The position numbers and the translations under genes were made by a program. A stretch of DNA of 64,000 nt, from the NCBI RefSeq assembly GCF_027887165.1, contig NC_077233.1, positions 136,241,080 to 136,305,079 on the forward strand. The letters are read 5' to 3'. Below the pieces are notes generated by a model, which had not been told where the DNA came from, did not search any database, and worked only from the letters and a program-made list of their open reading frames with translations. Positions 1 to 13,000 of this stretch are shown in pieces. Position 1 is the first letter of the stretch, and every line of letters begins with the position of its first letter. The DNA is from Monodelphis domestica (lineage: Eukaryota).

Positions 1-24
1 CTCCCAGCCGCCAGCCCGCCTCAC

Positions 25-249
25 CTCCGCAAAGGGGCCGTGCAGCTCCCGCCAGCCCACGATGAGCTGGGCTTTCTTCTCTCCAATACGCTGCAGCCTC
101 CGCAGCTCCTTGGCAGAGCCAGTATTGAGCAGGCCTAGGATCTTCCTGCGGCTCTCGGTCAGGAGGTCTGGGGGCACCTGCAGCAGTTCCAAGGTGGTGC
201 AGAGCCTCTCAGGCTGCTCTTCCTGCTGCCCGCAGATCGGCTCAGGCTG
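25..249 (-). CDS. KIF22: KIF22 penultimate coding exon (C-terminal helix-hairpin-helix region); window starts in the following intron
   Basis: Minus-strand translation gives [75 protein letters not shown]. It matches the KIF22 C-terminal region from memory (..[38 protein letters not shown]). Acceptor is cag|cag at 250-251 (NAGNAG, so the start could be 246) and donor GTGAGG at 19-24. Length 225 nt, phase 0. Confidence 0.75.
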
Positions 250-823
250 CTGCCGGGAGGAATGGATGGAGAAAGGAGGGTATGTGGGGGATCTCCAGAG
301 GCTCCCTGCGGGTTGCAGGTAGGCAGCCAGCACCACGTGGAGGGGCTGGCCAGCTCCAGCCTTTCTTTTCCCTCATCCCTACCCTACTATTCTCTGGCAC
401 AGGGTTGATGATTGCCAGAACACACCCTATTCATTCCCACCCCAGTCTTAGACCTATCTTCAATCAACCCATCTTTCAAGTACCACCCTCCATGAAACCT
501 TCTAGAGCTGGTAGTTGTAACCCTCATTGCTTTCTCCTTTCTCTGAGTTCCCATGGCACTTGAGAGTACCTCCCATTTGGCAACTGTTTATGTGCCACCT
601 CCTGAGAGCTCTCTTTTTGTCATGGGCCTCATCTAGCTTAATTTTCCTTGTGTTTACATACTTCACCTTGACTAACTAAATACTAGTTCCAAACTAGAGT
701 TTGGGGTGTAACTCTTATTCTTAGAAGCTCAATAATTGAGTGACAAGGTGTCTTGACTTCTCAGACCTCCTTACCAACCTCTACCCTATAGGCCCAAATA
801 TCCATGTCTGCAGGTTATCTTAC

Positions 824-888
824 CTTCCTCTTACGGCTTTCTTTCTGCAGGATATGGGCCTTGCTTTGGGATGTTGTCTGCTCCTGAA
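824..888 (-). CDS. KIF22: KIF22 coding exon (basic KRK segment)
   Basis: Acceptor ctgtacctttag| at 889-890 and donor GTAAGA at 818-823. The peptide is (I)QEQTTSQSKAHILQKESRKRK, compared with human [23 protein letters not shown]. Phase fits both neighbouring exons. Confidence 0.65.
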
Positions 889-1007
889 CTAAAGGTACAG
901 ATTGGAAGAAATAATCATGTCAAAGCAGTCACCAATCCTCCCCTTTATAGTTTCCCTTTCCTTATCCAGAACTTCCACCCCCCAACTCCGTTTGTCTTTT
1001 TCCTTAC

Positions 1008-1170
1008 TTAGCCGAAAGGGTACAACCCTATTCAGAGGTTTGGTCATGGAGATTGTTTTTGAGGGAAGGGGGCAAGGTGGGGCCAGGGAGCCATTCTCCT
1101 CTTCCTCCAGTTCCTTGGGCTTCTGACTTTGTCTGTTGGCCTCTAGCTCTTTATACTTTTCCTTGAGCCT
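1008..1170 (-). CDS. KIF22: KIF22 coding exon (coiled-coil/stalk)
   Basis: Acceptor tttattcctacag| and donor GTAAGG at 1002-1007. The peptide is RLKEKYKELEANRQSQKPKELEEEENGSLAPPCPLPSKTISMTKPLNRVVPFRL, compared with human [24 protein letters not shown]...GAKPLKKAVV. 163 nt, and phase links to the next exon. Confidence 0.65.
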
Positions 1171-1434
1171 CTGTAGGAATAAATGAAAAAAGATGATCTA
1201 CTCTATTAAACACCTGAGGGCTCAAAATCTCCATTTATAAGTTTTCCAAGGCTCTAGAACAGTATGCCACTAGAAAAGATTAAGTTCCTGGCTGTATAGC
1301 TAGGGAGGGATGGAGTCAGGGTCAAACAAGTTCCAGGATGAGGAAGTTAGAAGAGTGGAAGCAAGAAGGTAGGAAGGAAACATGACAGGGTAAGGAAGGC
1401 TTCAACCAAGCCTTGAATTCTTTCCATAGTCTAC

Positions 1435-1603
1435 CTGAATCTCCAAGTCCTTTTCTTTCAAAGCCTTTTCTAGAGCTGTCCGTTCTCTTCGTGGTGTGCT
1501 TAGGATTGAAGTCCTGTGGCTCCCCTGGGAGTCTAGAATTCGATCCAGGTTTAGCAGGCGCTCTTGCACAGCTGGTTCTAGGGTATTCAGCTGCTTCAGA
1601 GGG
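1435..1603 (-). CDS. KIF22: KIF22 coding exon
   Basis: Acceptor tttatcctcag| and a weak donor cag|GTAGAC. The peptide is (S)[56 protein letters not shown], compared with human [50 protein letters not shown]. Confidence 0.7.
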
Positions 1604-3044
1604 CTGAGGATAAACGAATTTTATACTTTCCTTCTCTTTCATTTAACAGCTACCTGCTTCCCATGGCTGAATTCCCCAGCTTTCCATAATTCAGTAGGAA
1701 TATCAAATTCTCATGTCAGAAGCATCAGGTTTAGACTAAAGATCTTGATTTGAGTCTTGATTGCCACAAAAAGGTAACCTTAAGCCCCCAGCAAAACATG
1801 TACCATAATGAATGGCACAAACACCACAAATCACTACATGTATTAAGAATGAGTAAGATAGGAATAGCTCCATGGTTATAGAACTTGATCCTTGAGAAGG
1901 CCTCATAAAGTGATGGATCAATCAAGCCACTCAGACCATAAGTTGTTGACAGTAGGAATGTCAGAGGTTTTGTTTTTAAAGCAGGAAAAGCTTTAAAGCT
2001 TTAAGCAACATGAGACTTTAGAAAGAACTCACAAGGGAGAGTAAAAGGAAAAATAGTATCCTTCATTAATACTGGGATAGTGAGTTATACTTGGTGTCTG
2101 TCACATGTCCATAATTCCACATGGCACAGACTATTTTCAATTTTTTGTATAGTTTTACAATGCTCAGTCCAGAGATTCTGTATCCAGTTTATGCTCCATC
2201 AGCACTGAGGACCATTAGGTCTTCATCCTCAATAAACAGGACTGGTCTGGATAGGAAGCCCTTGGAATTGCTGAGCCCAAGACTGGAACAATCCACTGGC
2301 CTCAAGCATTTGGTACAAAGGCTGTGCTAAATGGTCAGTTGATGCTAATGACAGGAATCAAAGGCTGAAGGTCATTTTAAAGAAAAGCATTTGGGGTGTC
2401 AGGGTTAGGTCCAGTGCTGCTCACAACTAGGTCAATCACTCGAAGAACAGCACTTCAAAAGCTCTAGCATTTTTGGGCTATGTGACCTTTGGTGTGTCAC
2501 AAAACTTTCTGGGATCTTGGTTTCTTTAATTTATAAAAAGGGAATTATCACCTGCCCTGTCTAACTTTATAGGGTTGTGGTAAGGATCACATAAGAAGTA
2601 TGTAAAATGTTTTAAGCTATATTAAGCAAGCTATATTAATTTTACCTTTATTCCTCTTACACTTCTATAGTGGACTGGTCAGCTTCCTGAGGCCAAGACT
2701 AGAATTCAGAATGGTGTTGAATAGTTTTAAAGATATTAAACTAGCTTGGCCAGGGTTATCTGTATTTGTAGAGGAGAAATTAAACTTTCCTTTTTCTAGT
2801 TTATATGAACTTTTTCTCAACTCAGTGCTCTCTGAATTCTCCCCTATCCTTAAATGGACAATATCTGAAGCATTAGGATTAGATAGATGCTTTCCCTACA
2901 AAGTCATACTCTTGTGGATGGTCTTGCTATGTAGGTATGCCAAGGAAAAAGTTATTTCCTAAATTGGACTTGCTATCTCTTACTGCAAAAACCTGGAGGG
3001 AACTTATGTCCAAACCAATTTTTTTCTTTACCCTTCTGTTTTTA

Positions 3045-3200
3045 GAATCAATACAGAATATTGATTCTAAGGCAGAAGAGTGCTAAGGACTAGGCAATGG
3101 GAGTTAAGTGTTTTGCCCAGTTATTAAGGGTCTGAGGCCAAATTTGAACCCAGGACTTCCCATCTTCAGGTCTCTAACCATTGAACCGCCTAGCTGACCC
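3045..3200 (-). mobile_element. Marsupial tRNA-derived SINE (opossum SINE1/MAR1-type) in a KIF22 intron
   Basis: Reverse complement of the GGGGCAGCTGGGTGGCTCAGTGGATTGAGAG..GGTTCAAATCTGACCTCAGACACTTCC..GTGTGACCCTGGGCAAGTCACTTAACC consensus. Confidence 0.8.
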
Positions 3201-3493
3201 TCAGACCAATCCTTAAATGCTCCTTGGGCTGACCTAGGAATGTTACTTTCAGTGCCTAGATGTCATGGCAGGGTAGGACAGGTATAAAAAGTTGGGACCA
3301 GAGCTCAAATTCTTCTGAAAGCAGGAAATACAGATAGTCACAGCACTGTATACATAGGCCCTCAAGAATGAGTAATATGTTTGCATGGATATAAACCAAT
3401 TCTAATTACTAACATTATTCTTATTTAGGAGAAAGTATCAACATGATGTGGGAGATAGATGGAGGACTAAAAGGACTATCCCTTCTGTCTCAC

Positions 3494-3623
3494 CTGAGTT
3501 TGGGACAGCCAGATAGAAGTTCTGGGATACTTGTCCTGTCCTCCATTTCTTCCTGACTTCTAGTCTGCTTTGCTTCTGGAGGATCCATCAATTCCTTTTG
3601 GCCTGGCTTCACTGGGATAAAAG
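3494..3623 (-). CDS. KIF22: KIF22 coding exon
   Basis: Acceptor ttattctctttaccatttag| and donor ag|GTGAGA. The peptide is (A)FIPVKPGQKELMDPPEAKQTRSQEEMEDRTSIPELLSGCPKL(S), compared with human [34 protein letters not shown]. Split codons at both ends agree with the neighbours. Confidence 0.7.
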
Positions 3624-3765
3624 CTAAATGGTAAAGAGAATAATATAGCCATCTATCTGCTTTCAACAGCCTCAACAAGACTATAGATATTACAATACCT
3701 GATACTCAAGGTCTCAAGCTTTCCCTTCCCTGTCCTTTGTCTCTCTCCTATAATACACCTCTTAC

Positions 3766-3919
3766 CAGGGGGCTGAAGGCTCTTATGGGTGAAAGGCCGG
3801 TTGATCACTTCTTTGGACCTGGAGGCAAAGTTGAGTGATGTTACTGTATCTAGGTAGAAGCGCCTCTCTGGAGCAATATTAGCAATGAGTACACTGTGGG
3901 CTGAACCTCCAAGGGAGTC
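3766..3919 (-). CDS. KIF22: KIF22 coding exon (end of motor domain and neck)
   Basis: Acceptor tcttccctag| and donor g|GTAAGA. The peptide is [51 protein letters not shown], which is near-identical to human [51 protein letters not shown]. Confidence 0.88.
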
Positions 3920-4306
3920 CTAGGGAAGATAGGAAAAAATTGAGTCAAGAGCTAGGTGTTTTCTATCATGGTCTACCCCTATTTCCAAAGGCACAGCTTC
4001 TATCACTGCCTCCTCCTCTTCCCTTTATCTTGGCCATTCTCAATCCTCAGCTTGGGATAGTGGAAAGAACACTGGCCTGGGAGTTACTATTTACTAACTG
4101 TGTGACTTTGGACAAGTTAACTAATCTCTGAGCTCGTTTTTTTTACCTATAAAATAAGGATGCCATTTGACCTGCCTCTCTTAGAATTACTCTGAGCTTC
4201 AGAGAAAGAATGTAAAACTGTAAAGTACTTTAAAAACAGAAGAGATTCTTAATAGAAATGAGATTCTTTGACCCCAAGGAAGAAATCTGAATGCCTCTTT
4301 TTTCTA

Positions 4307-4621
<315 letters not shown>

Positions 4622-4728
4622 TCAGAGGCCCAATTTTGGTAACTTTTTTTCTGCCTCTACTTCTTATCACCTATCCCAAATCCAGATCCAAAATACTCCA
4701 ACCCTCAATATGCTGACAACAAACCCAC

Positions 4729-4938
4729 TTTAACCAGGAGCACAGCATGGCTTCGGGAGGACCGTTGGTTGAGCCGGGTAGCTCCCACAGTCCGATTTCT
4801 GCTGGCTGGCAGGAAATGTTGTTCAAAGTCAGTGAAGGAAGCAATGGGTTTTTGGGTGAGTCCAGGGATCAGGATGTTCCCCCATCGGTCTTCTCTGATC
4901 ACTAGGTCTCCTGAAGCAGGGGCAAGGAGGTCCAATAC
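4729..4938 (-). CDS. KIF22: KIF22 motor-domain exon (switch I)
   Basis: Acceptor tgtctttcccag| and donor aaa|GTGGGT. The peptide is [70 protein letters not shown], with switch [11 protein letters not shown]. 210 nt. Confidence 0.92.
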
Positions 4939-5164
4939 CTGGGAAAGACAGAAACAAGGTAGAATTCCTTATGTATAGCATCCTGACCTTCTATAGCTGG
5001 GCCTCACTACTATTCTCACTTTCTCTCCTTAAATAAGATCTAAGTTTTCTATTCAACCAAGTCCTCTCCTTAAGAGACTTTTTTTCTTGACTTTTCCCAC
5101 CTATCCCAAAGATTTAGGTTTCCAATTCCTATCTCAATCTCTCCTAACTTAAGAGGAGCCTTAC

Positions 5165-5319
5165 CTTCTCTTGATAGATTTCCAAATAGGACATGGAGAC
5201 AGCAAAGGCCCAGGGTCGCCCTTCTGCACCCTCCTCCCAAGTGAGCTGCAAGAGGTCTTTAAGGGCCCGAGGGATAATGCCAGGCTGCTCTGGGCTGCCT
5301 AGCATTGTGTATGTTTTCC
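5165..5319 (-). CDS. KIF22: KIF22 motor-domain exon
   Basis: Acceptor tcttcccacag| and donor aag|GTAAGG. The peptide is (G)[51 protein letters not shown]. The split codon completes the P-loop GPTGAGKT. Confidence 0.92.
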
Positions 5320-5829
5320 CTGTGGGAAGAAGACAAGAGGAAACAGTAAAATTACTGGCTTTCACATTGAACAAAGTAATAGCAATATTGTAAGATGATC
5401 AACTATGAATGACAGCTATTCTCTGCAATACAGTGATCTAAGACAATTCGAAAGAACTTGAGACAAAAAAAAAGCTCCCCATTTTCAGAGGAAGAATTGA
5501 TGGATTCTGAATGCAGAATGAAGCATATTTTTATCCCCCATTTTAAAAAAAATGAAGCTTCTTCCACAACATGACTAATACTGAAATATGCTTTTCATGG
5601 TTACACATGTATAACCTATATCAAATTGCTTTACTGTCTTAGGGAGGGGATGGGAAAGGAGGGAGAGGATTTGGAACTCAGAATTTTAGAAAACAAACAT
5701 TAAAAATTGTTTTTATTTGTAACTGGGAAAAAAACCAAAATATTTTCTAAAACGACTGGTTTTTAAACAGTGTCATATCCCTTCTTGCCCTCTGCTCAAA
5801 GCCCTGGACGCATTCTATTCTTCCCTAAC

Positions 5830-5957
5830 CTGCGCCTGTTGGACCATAGGCAAGCACACTGGCATTCTGTCCATTCATCAAGTGGCGAAGGATGGGCTGG
5901 ACAAAGCCAACATAGATGTCTTGCTGAGTGCTTGTTTCCCCATAGAAGGCATCAAAC
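5830..5957 (-). CDS. KIF22: KIF22 motor-domain exon (P-loop start)
   Basis: Acceptor tttctggtttgtag| and donor g|GTTAGG. The peptide is (Q)[42 protein letters not shown](G), compared with human [43 protein letters not shown]. Confidence 0.92.
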
Positions 5958-6193
5958 CTACAAACCAGAAAGATAGAAGTCAGACAAATCAGTCAACTAT
6001 AGGGGAAAGAGTTCATAAAACATATAGCACAGAGAGGGATATGATAGCTTCCCTGAGAGTCAGGGGCATGTGTAGATGTGCATGAGGAACAGCAATAAAA
6101 GAGTCAACACAACAGTCCCCACAAGTAATGTCAATGTGAGGGTCCAGGGGATTCTGAAGCAGTGGGATAAAGAAGGGGCCCCAGGGCCATTAC

Positions 6194-6389
6194 TGGTATT
6201 TGAGTGTCTCCTGACTATTTCTCCCATTGGCAATCTCCAAGGAACAGCTGTCCAGGCCCCGTACACAGGAGCTCTCACTGGTGCTGCTGGCCTCTTCCAC
6301 AAAGGGCCTAAGTCTCACAGCCACTCGTACTCGTGCCACAGAGGGGCGACGGCTGGTTCTGCCTTTGCTCATCTGGCAACGTGTAGCAC
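6194..6389 (-). CDS. KIF22: KIF22 exon 2 (N-terminal region and motor-domain start)
   Basis: Acceptor ttctcctcttcag| at 6390-6391 and donor ca|GTAATG. The peptide is (G)[64 protein letters not shown](Q), compared with human [58 protein letters not shown]. Confidence 0.88.
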
Positions 6390-7160
6390 CTGAAGAGGAG
6401 AAGACGGAACATTAGGCTACTGGGATTTATGATTCTCATCTAGTACTTGCCTTTTGATGTTTGGCTGGATTGCCTGATCTATTCCTTTAGCTATAAAGTT
6501 AAGAGGATCTACCTGTGTGATCTCTAATTCTCCTTGTTCTGACATATAAGCAAGGATATGGGGGTCAGAGAGTATAAAATACTTTTGGTGAATAACAGGT
6601 AGAGATTAGTTTGTAGAATAAGGCACATAGAATGGGAGATAAGGCAGGAAAGCGATATTAGGATTTAAAAAAAAACTTAGTTTGGGGCAACCTGAGGGGG
6701 AGGCAGAATACACAGGATTTATTTACTGGTTATATATGAAGAATGAAAGAGGGAAGAATCAAAGTTGACATTGAGGTTTCAAGCTTGAGTAACGAGAAAG
6801 GTAGTGATGTAATAGAGGAAGTCAGGAAGGTAAACTGATTTTAGTTTTTGTGATGAAATTGAGAAACCAATGGACATCCAGATGAAAATGTCCAGCAGGC
6901 AGCTGAAGATGTACATCTAGGCCTGGAGAAAGATCAGAACTAGAAATGCAGATTTGGGAAAAGGAGGCAATGTCTTAAGTATAAAACCATTCAATTTCAC
7001 ATATAATCCCCTTTGTACAGTCAATTATAATAGAAAAGGGGTAAATTATAATTTATACCTGACAAATGAGGAGACTAAGATTCATAGAATAATTTAATAA
7101 TACTTGCCCAGTGTCATGCAAGTAATACTCAATAGTCATGGGATTAAAAAGAGCTCTAGA

Positions 7161-7360
7161 GGGGGCAGCTAGTTAGTTCAGTGAATTGAGAGTCATGCCT
7201 AAAGATGGATGGCCCTGGGTTCAAATGTGGATTCAGACACTTCCTAGCTTGGTGACCCTGGGCAAGTTAGTTAACCCCACTGCCTAGCCCTTACTGCTCT
7301 TCTGCCTTGGAACCCATATACAGTATTGATTTAAAGACAGAAGGTAAGAGTTTAAAAAAA
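7161..7360 (+). mobile_element. Marsupial tRNA-derived SINE, A-rich tail
   Basis: gggggcagctagttagttcagtgaattgagagtcatgcc...ggttcaaatgtgg...gtgaccctgggcaagttagttaacccc...tttaaaaaaa. Confidence 0.85.
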
Positions 7361-8559
7361 GGCAAGAGAGCTGTAGATAGGGAATCGGAAAATCCGACTC
7401 TGCATTCTGGCTCTAATACATAAAATGGCTATGTGCAAATTGATTCACTGTTCTGCAGCATCTAAATCCAGTATTCTTTCCAATAGACCATTTCTCCTTT
7501 CCTTTAATTCTTGTTCAAGAATGTTACTAGATTACATATGATTGTCTAATATTGTTCCCTAATTGTGCTAGCTCTAACAGGTCAGGAACAGGGTAACAAG
7601 GTATGGCAGGCAATACACAATAGTGTATTGTGAATCAGATTTTGTTGTGAGCTCTGACTCTGCTTCAAATCAGCTCTGTGATAGAAATCAATTTCCCTCT
7701 GGGGATTTCCTTGTCTATAAGGTGAGGTTGGACTATATAATTTCTAAGATACCTTCCATATCTAATATTTATTTCCCAATACACTTTTTCCCCACACTGA
7801 ATTTTACAATACAGTAAAATAACAAAATAACTGAATTTGACAAGCCACACATTCCATACCCTCAAGCGCATACCTTTTCACAAAGACAAGATGTCATCAC
7901 ATAGTATTCCATAGCTCATTCCAGTTCTAAAATGCTGACTATGAAAACAAAAATTGCAATCCTTGCTGACAATTAAGTAAAAAAAACCCAAAAAAACCTC
8001 TCCAGTGAGTAACAATGTTCAAGTAATGTAACAAGAAACATTACAACAGTTAAAAGAAAGGAAGGTGAACAAAAACATTACCACTACTTGTATCCTCTAG
8101 TCTTCAAACATAAAATGGAAAAGGGGCTATAAACTCATTTATGGATGATAAATACTAAACACATCTTTCTAAAAGTAGAATTACTCATATATATGTAGTC
8201 AGTGCCCTTGACAAATAGTCCCACAAGTATACCATCCCATATTTCCGACTCCAACTGAAATTGCTTACATTTATATGAAATTTTACAATTAAAAACATAC
8301 TTTCATGTCTATCATATTATTAGATCTTCACTATAATCCTGTAAGGCACCCAATGCAAATATCTGTTTTCCATATTTACAGGAATGAAATAGTCATTAAG
8401 TATCAGTCAGGATTCAGACTAAGGTCTTCTGGCTCAACATTTAGAACTCTTTCCACTAGTCCACATTGCCTGAGAGTTATTAAGAAGCAATAGAATAGCC
8501 TGATGTGTTTTTCATCTTTTAAAGATCCCAAGGGGTGGTGGGCAAGAGAAAGGATCTTT

Positions 8560-8765
8560 TATTTATACTCATTATGGTCATTTTTGGCTTCTCTACCATT
8601 CTCCCCTCCTCCCCCTTTACTCTTCAGCTTTCTTTTGAGAATTGACCTCCTCCGTTAGATTACAAGCTCCTTGAGGGCAAGAACTTTTCAATATTTGTAT
8701 TCCAGTGTTTAGCACATAGTAGGCACCTCATAAATGCTTACTGGCTACTGACTATTTAACAAACT
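8560..8765. mobile_element. MIR/Ther-type SINE fragment
   Basis: ttagattacaagctccttgagggcaagaac...gcacatagtaggcacctcataaatgcttactggctactgac hallmark. Similar fragments lie at 12930-13060, 39300-39440, 53105-53235, 55030-55140 and 55480-55730. Confidence 0.6.
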
Positions 8766-9374
8766 GGCCATGCAATGTCTTAAATTTAGGGTGATACTTG
8801 AAAGATAAACCTAAAGCAAGTTGCAATCATTCTGTAACTTAATAAAATGCTCTTAAAGAATTATGACCAAATGAAAATCCATCATCTTGTGCATATTCTG
8901 ATGATGAGTTTCTTTGAACTTGGTTGCACTGGTCCTTGGATGTCATATTTCACCTATCAGCTTGAAAGGATCTGCCAGTTTGTTCTACTGGCTTTCAAGA
9001 ACCTAAGACCACTTCCACACCACAATGAAGAATCAAATTAGGTCTAGTGAAGGTACTATTGAGTGCAGGTGTGGTGTAGTGGAAAAATAACTAATTTTAG
9101 AATAAGAAGGCCTTGGATCAAATCTTAATTAACAATAGCTTTGTGACAAGCAAAATATCTGAATTTCAGCCTCCACATATGGAAAAAGAGGATCATAACA
9201 CTCTATAGATCATAATGTGACAGGAAAGTTGTGTGTAAAACAACAAAACTAATGTTCGGAGATGAAAAAGATGGCTGGATTGATAGGCTCCTGTGACAAA
9301 AGTCCCTTCTTCACCAGGTAATACACACCAAAGGATCTGATTTATCCTGGTCCATTTGGAGAATCAGAGGGAAA

Positions 9375-9420
9375 AAAATTCATATATATATGTATATGTA
9401 TATGTATATATATATATATG
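9375..9420. repeat. (TA)n/(TATG)n compound simple repeat
   Basis: catatatatatgtatatgtatatgtatatatatatatatg. Confidence 0.85.
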
Positions 9421-10013
9421 AAGGGCTGCCTACAATTTCTAGATTGCAGTAGGAAAAGCTTTCCCCTTCCTCGTCAAGTTATGGCTCAGGACAACCTTAA
9501 TAAACCGTCTAGATACCTCTTCCATTTGGCCTAAAATTGCCAGCCATTCCCAAGGAGCGTTTTCATTTCTGCCAAAGCATTGGTTCTACGGCAAACCCCT
9601 GCACCTCCACCAATTTTGTCTTTTTTCTTGTTGGCTCGAGTTTAGTGTCGAAAAAAGATTAGAAAGGATATAGAAATAAGTTGATTTTTTTGTTTTGTTT
9701 TTAGTAAAAGTCTTCTGTCCTTAGGGAAATATAACACTTATTAAATATTTTTTTCATAAAATTTGTTAATAACCTTCATTTGCCTTTTCTTTCTTTCATT
9801 TTCCCCCCTAGAGTCGACAGGTACGGGAGGGATAGTGTCTCTCAGCAGCAGTCCTTTAAGATGGAGTTGAACTCAGTGAGTCCTCACCATAAAAGGATCA
9901 TAAACTTACTGGGTTAGATCAACCTAGTTACCCCTAAGCTGCCAAGTTTTGTTTTAAATTATTTTTAGCTGCACCATATATGATTCCTTGTGCCATTTTC
10001 TTTTGTCTGTTTT

Positions 10014-10020
<7 letters not shown>

Positions 10021-10068
<48 letters not shown>
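10021..10068. repeat. (AT)n microsatellite
   Basis: About 24 perfect AT dinucleotide units. Confidence 0.95.
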
Positions 10069-10074
<6 letters not shown>

Positions 10075-13000
10075 GAATTGTAACTTTGGACAAGTCACTT
10101 CCCCTCAGTTTCACCATCTGTAAAATGTAGTTCATCTACTTCATGGGATGGTTATATGGACAAAATACAAAAACAGAACTGTGACTTCAATGGTATAGGA
10201 AATTCATCTCCCCAAACAGTCCTGTACCTTCTCTGCTACTTAACAGCTAATAATAACAAGCATTTTAAGATTTGCTAAGTCCTTTACTTACATCATCTCA
10301 TTTGATCCTTGCAACAACCTGAGATTGTTGGTACCATTAGTACCATTACCTTCCCCAATTTACAGATGAAGAAACTAGAAAGTGGCAGAGGCAAGATTTG
10401 AAATCTAATTTTTTTCATTTCACTGCTCTATCTACAATGCCATGTAACTGCTTAGTGGCTAAGACTTATATTGCCTAGAGCACTGACAGATTAGGTCAAC
10501 TGTCCAGGGTCACATAGCTGGTATGTTACAGGCAGGACTTGAATTTAGGTTTCCCCAAGTGCAAAGATTCTTTATCCATTCTGCTAAGCTGTCCCACTGT
10601 GAATAAAATAGGAAAATGAAGAGCTGTAAAAAGCTAACCAATCAAGAAGCATTTATTAGTGTAATTGTTAATTGACCTCAAATGTTTATTAGGAAAAAAA
10701 GTTTGTTTTTCTTCTTTGCCCATAACTCACCCCCCTCCCCATATTTACTTCCCTTCCTTTCTAGAACCCAAAAGACTAGTATTCCCAACTCCTCCCAGGA
10801 TTCAGGAAATTTCTTCCCTCCTTTCTACACTATTCCACCTGAGCCCAAAGGCTTTGGACTGGTCTTAAACTTAAGTGTGGCAGGAACAATCTGGAGCTTC
10901 CAGGTCAAATAAAAAAATGCTTCAAGTGAGAAAGGGAATTCAGGTAATGGGAAGCCCACAGTCAAGATCACATATGAGTGAGCAACCATCACTATAAAGA
11001 AGCAGATAGTTTGAAATAAAATATTCAAGAAGGCAAAGGATATGGGTTTACAGCTAATGATAACTTACCCAGAAAAACTTGAGTTCAATTCTACAGGGGA
11101 ATAAAATGGATCCTTAATGAAATAGAGGATGTTCAAACATATCCAGGCACACACAAAGAGTGAAAGGTATACAGGTACATTTCATTCAACAAGGTCATGG
11201 GAGAGAAAATGGAAATAGAGGGTAGTTTAAGGGAGGGATTAATCCTAAGCAAAACAAACTCTTAATAAGAATGAACAAAAAACATTTACAATTCTTTGTG
11301 GTGGTGAAGAAGTGGAAACTGGGGGAATCCCCATCAACTAGGGAATGGATGAAAAAGTTATGTATATGTGATGAAATTACACTGCTTTAAAAAAGGATAA
11401 AAGGGACAGTTTCCAACAAACCTGAAGACTTTTATGAACTGATGCTGAGATGCAAACAAGTCAATTTATATAAGGAAGACAACTTTGAAAGACTTGGAAA
11501 ATGTGATTCCAAAGATTCATGGTGAAATATATTTCCCATCTCTTGATAGAAAGTGAAGGATTCAAGATGCAAATAAAATTTAGACATGGTCAGTATCAGG
11601 TGTTTTTTGTTTTTAAAGAGATTCAAGAAACCTTAGAGATTAAGAGTTTGGACTAAAAGCTCAGTCTCTTGAAGTCTAGCTAGTTCAGTATCCTTTTAAT
11701 TATAGTATAAGTCTCTCTCAAGGTACAAGTCTAATTTTAGAGTCCATAAGCATACTTGTCTGACAAAACTCCAAAAAGCTCACAACAGAATACAATTAAA
11801 TGCCAAGTTGTAGATGTGATGCATAAAAGTCACAGGTACTCAGAGAAAGATTAATCAGTAGTAATGGAAGGCTTAAATAAAAACACTAGTCCCTAACTGC
11901 AAAGGTTTGTGAGTTTGGAATAGAGAGTCAAGCAAGGAGACAGCACCCTACCAATCAGGCATTTGTAAGAACAAAAGAACCAAGAATCTAAGCTGTCATT
12001 GAGTCAATGTGGAATCTAGAAGCCCCAAAACTTGTAGCCTAGTAAGATTCGATTACCCCCAGTTTAGTTAGCTTGAAGGTGAAAGTCTCTAGTTTGTCCT
12101 GGTCACCTGAGTTTCTCCCAGAGGGAAAGTCCAATTTCACTAGTCTCAGACTAACAACAATAGACCTTAAAGTAGTTTGAGTGGGGACAGCTAATCGGAT
12201 CAGTGTTGAGTATCTCTTTTGTCCCAGAGGTTTCTCTGCTTAGGCCAAAGTCCTTTACCTAGATAAGCCAACCCTTTTGTGTCCATTGTAAAGCATCAGC
12301 CCCTCACTGTTATTCCTGTCTGGGACATCTCATTTTCCTTTGTTACCATGGTAAAGTCAACCAACTATACCTCTCATCCTCAGTCCCCAAGTACCCCTAG
12401 AAAGGTATCTAAGCTTCCCACTTTAATAGCTCTTTGGAGTTGTCATCTAGCTCATGGCACTTCCAGGAGTTTGGTGACCAGAGTTTACAGAGTCTGGGAC
12501 TCTGCTTGGTTTGATAGCACACAGCTCGTCAAGGAGAACTAATTTTAGTGCTAAACTTCCTTCCTTAATTAAAGAGTGGTTTTTCTATTGAATAGTTCTG
12601 TGTTTTTTCCTAGTTTACAATTATTAGCAAGACACCTAAATCTCTTTGAGCCTTGGATCTCTAAAAAATGAAGAGGTTAGTTTAGATGGCTTCTAAGGCT
12701 CCTTCCAGGTAATTCTATCATTCTATGACCCTAACAGCAATCCTCTAAAGCATGACAGCTATGACAACTTAAAACCCCTACAAATGGGCTATTCTGCTTT
12801 GTGTAAAGAAACAATATAAATTATCTGACCATCACTAGTTTTCATTCAACAACTGCTAGTAGCCTTCCCAGTATTATTTTCATTTTATCCTGATGTATCT
12901 TGTTTGTTCATAGTTGTTTCCATGTTGCCCCCACCATTAAGACCAATATGGTATTTGAGAGCAGGGGCTGTCACTTGTTTTTCTTTGCATCCCTGGAATT

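Noticed and set aside
62-563. Plus-strand ORFs 62-322 and 282-563
   Set aside because: Antisense to the KIF22 exon at 25-249, which has strong homology on the minus strand.
1322-1642. 106-aa minus-strand [12 protein letters not shown]...
   Set aside because: It is the wrong frame over the KIF22 exon 1435-1603. The homologous frame is +1 relative to it, and this reading runs through intron sequence.
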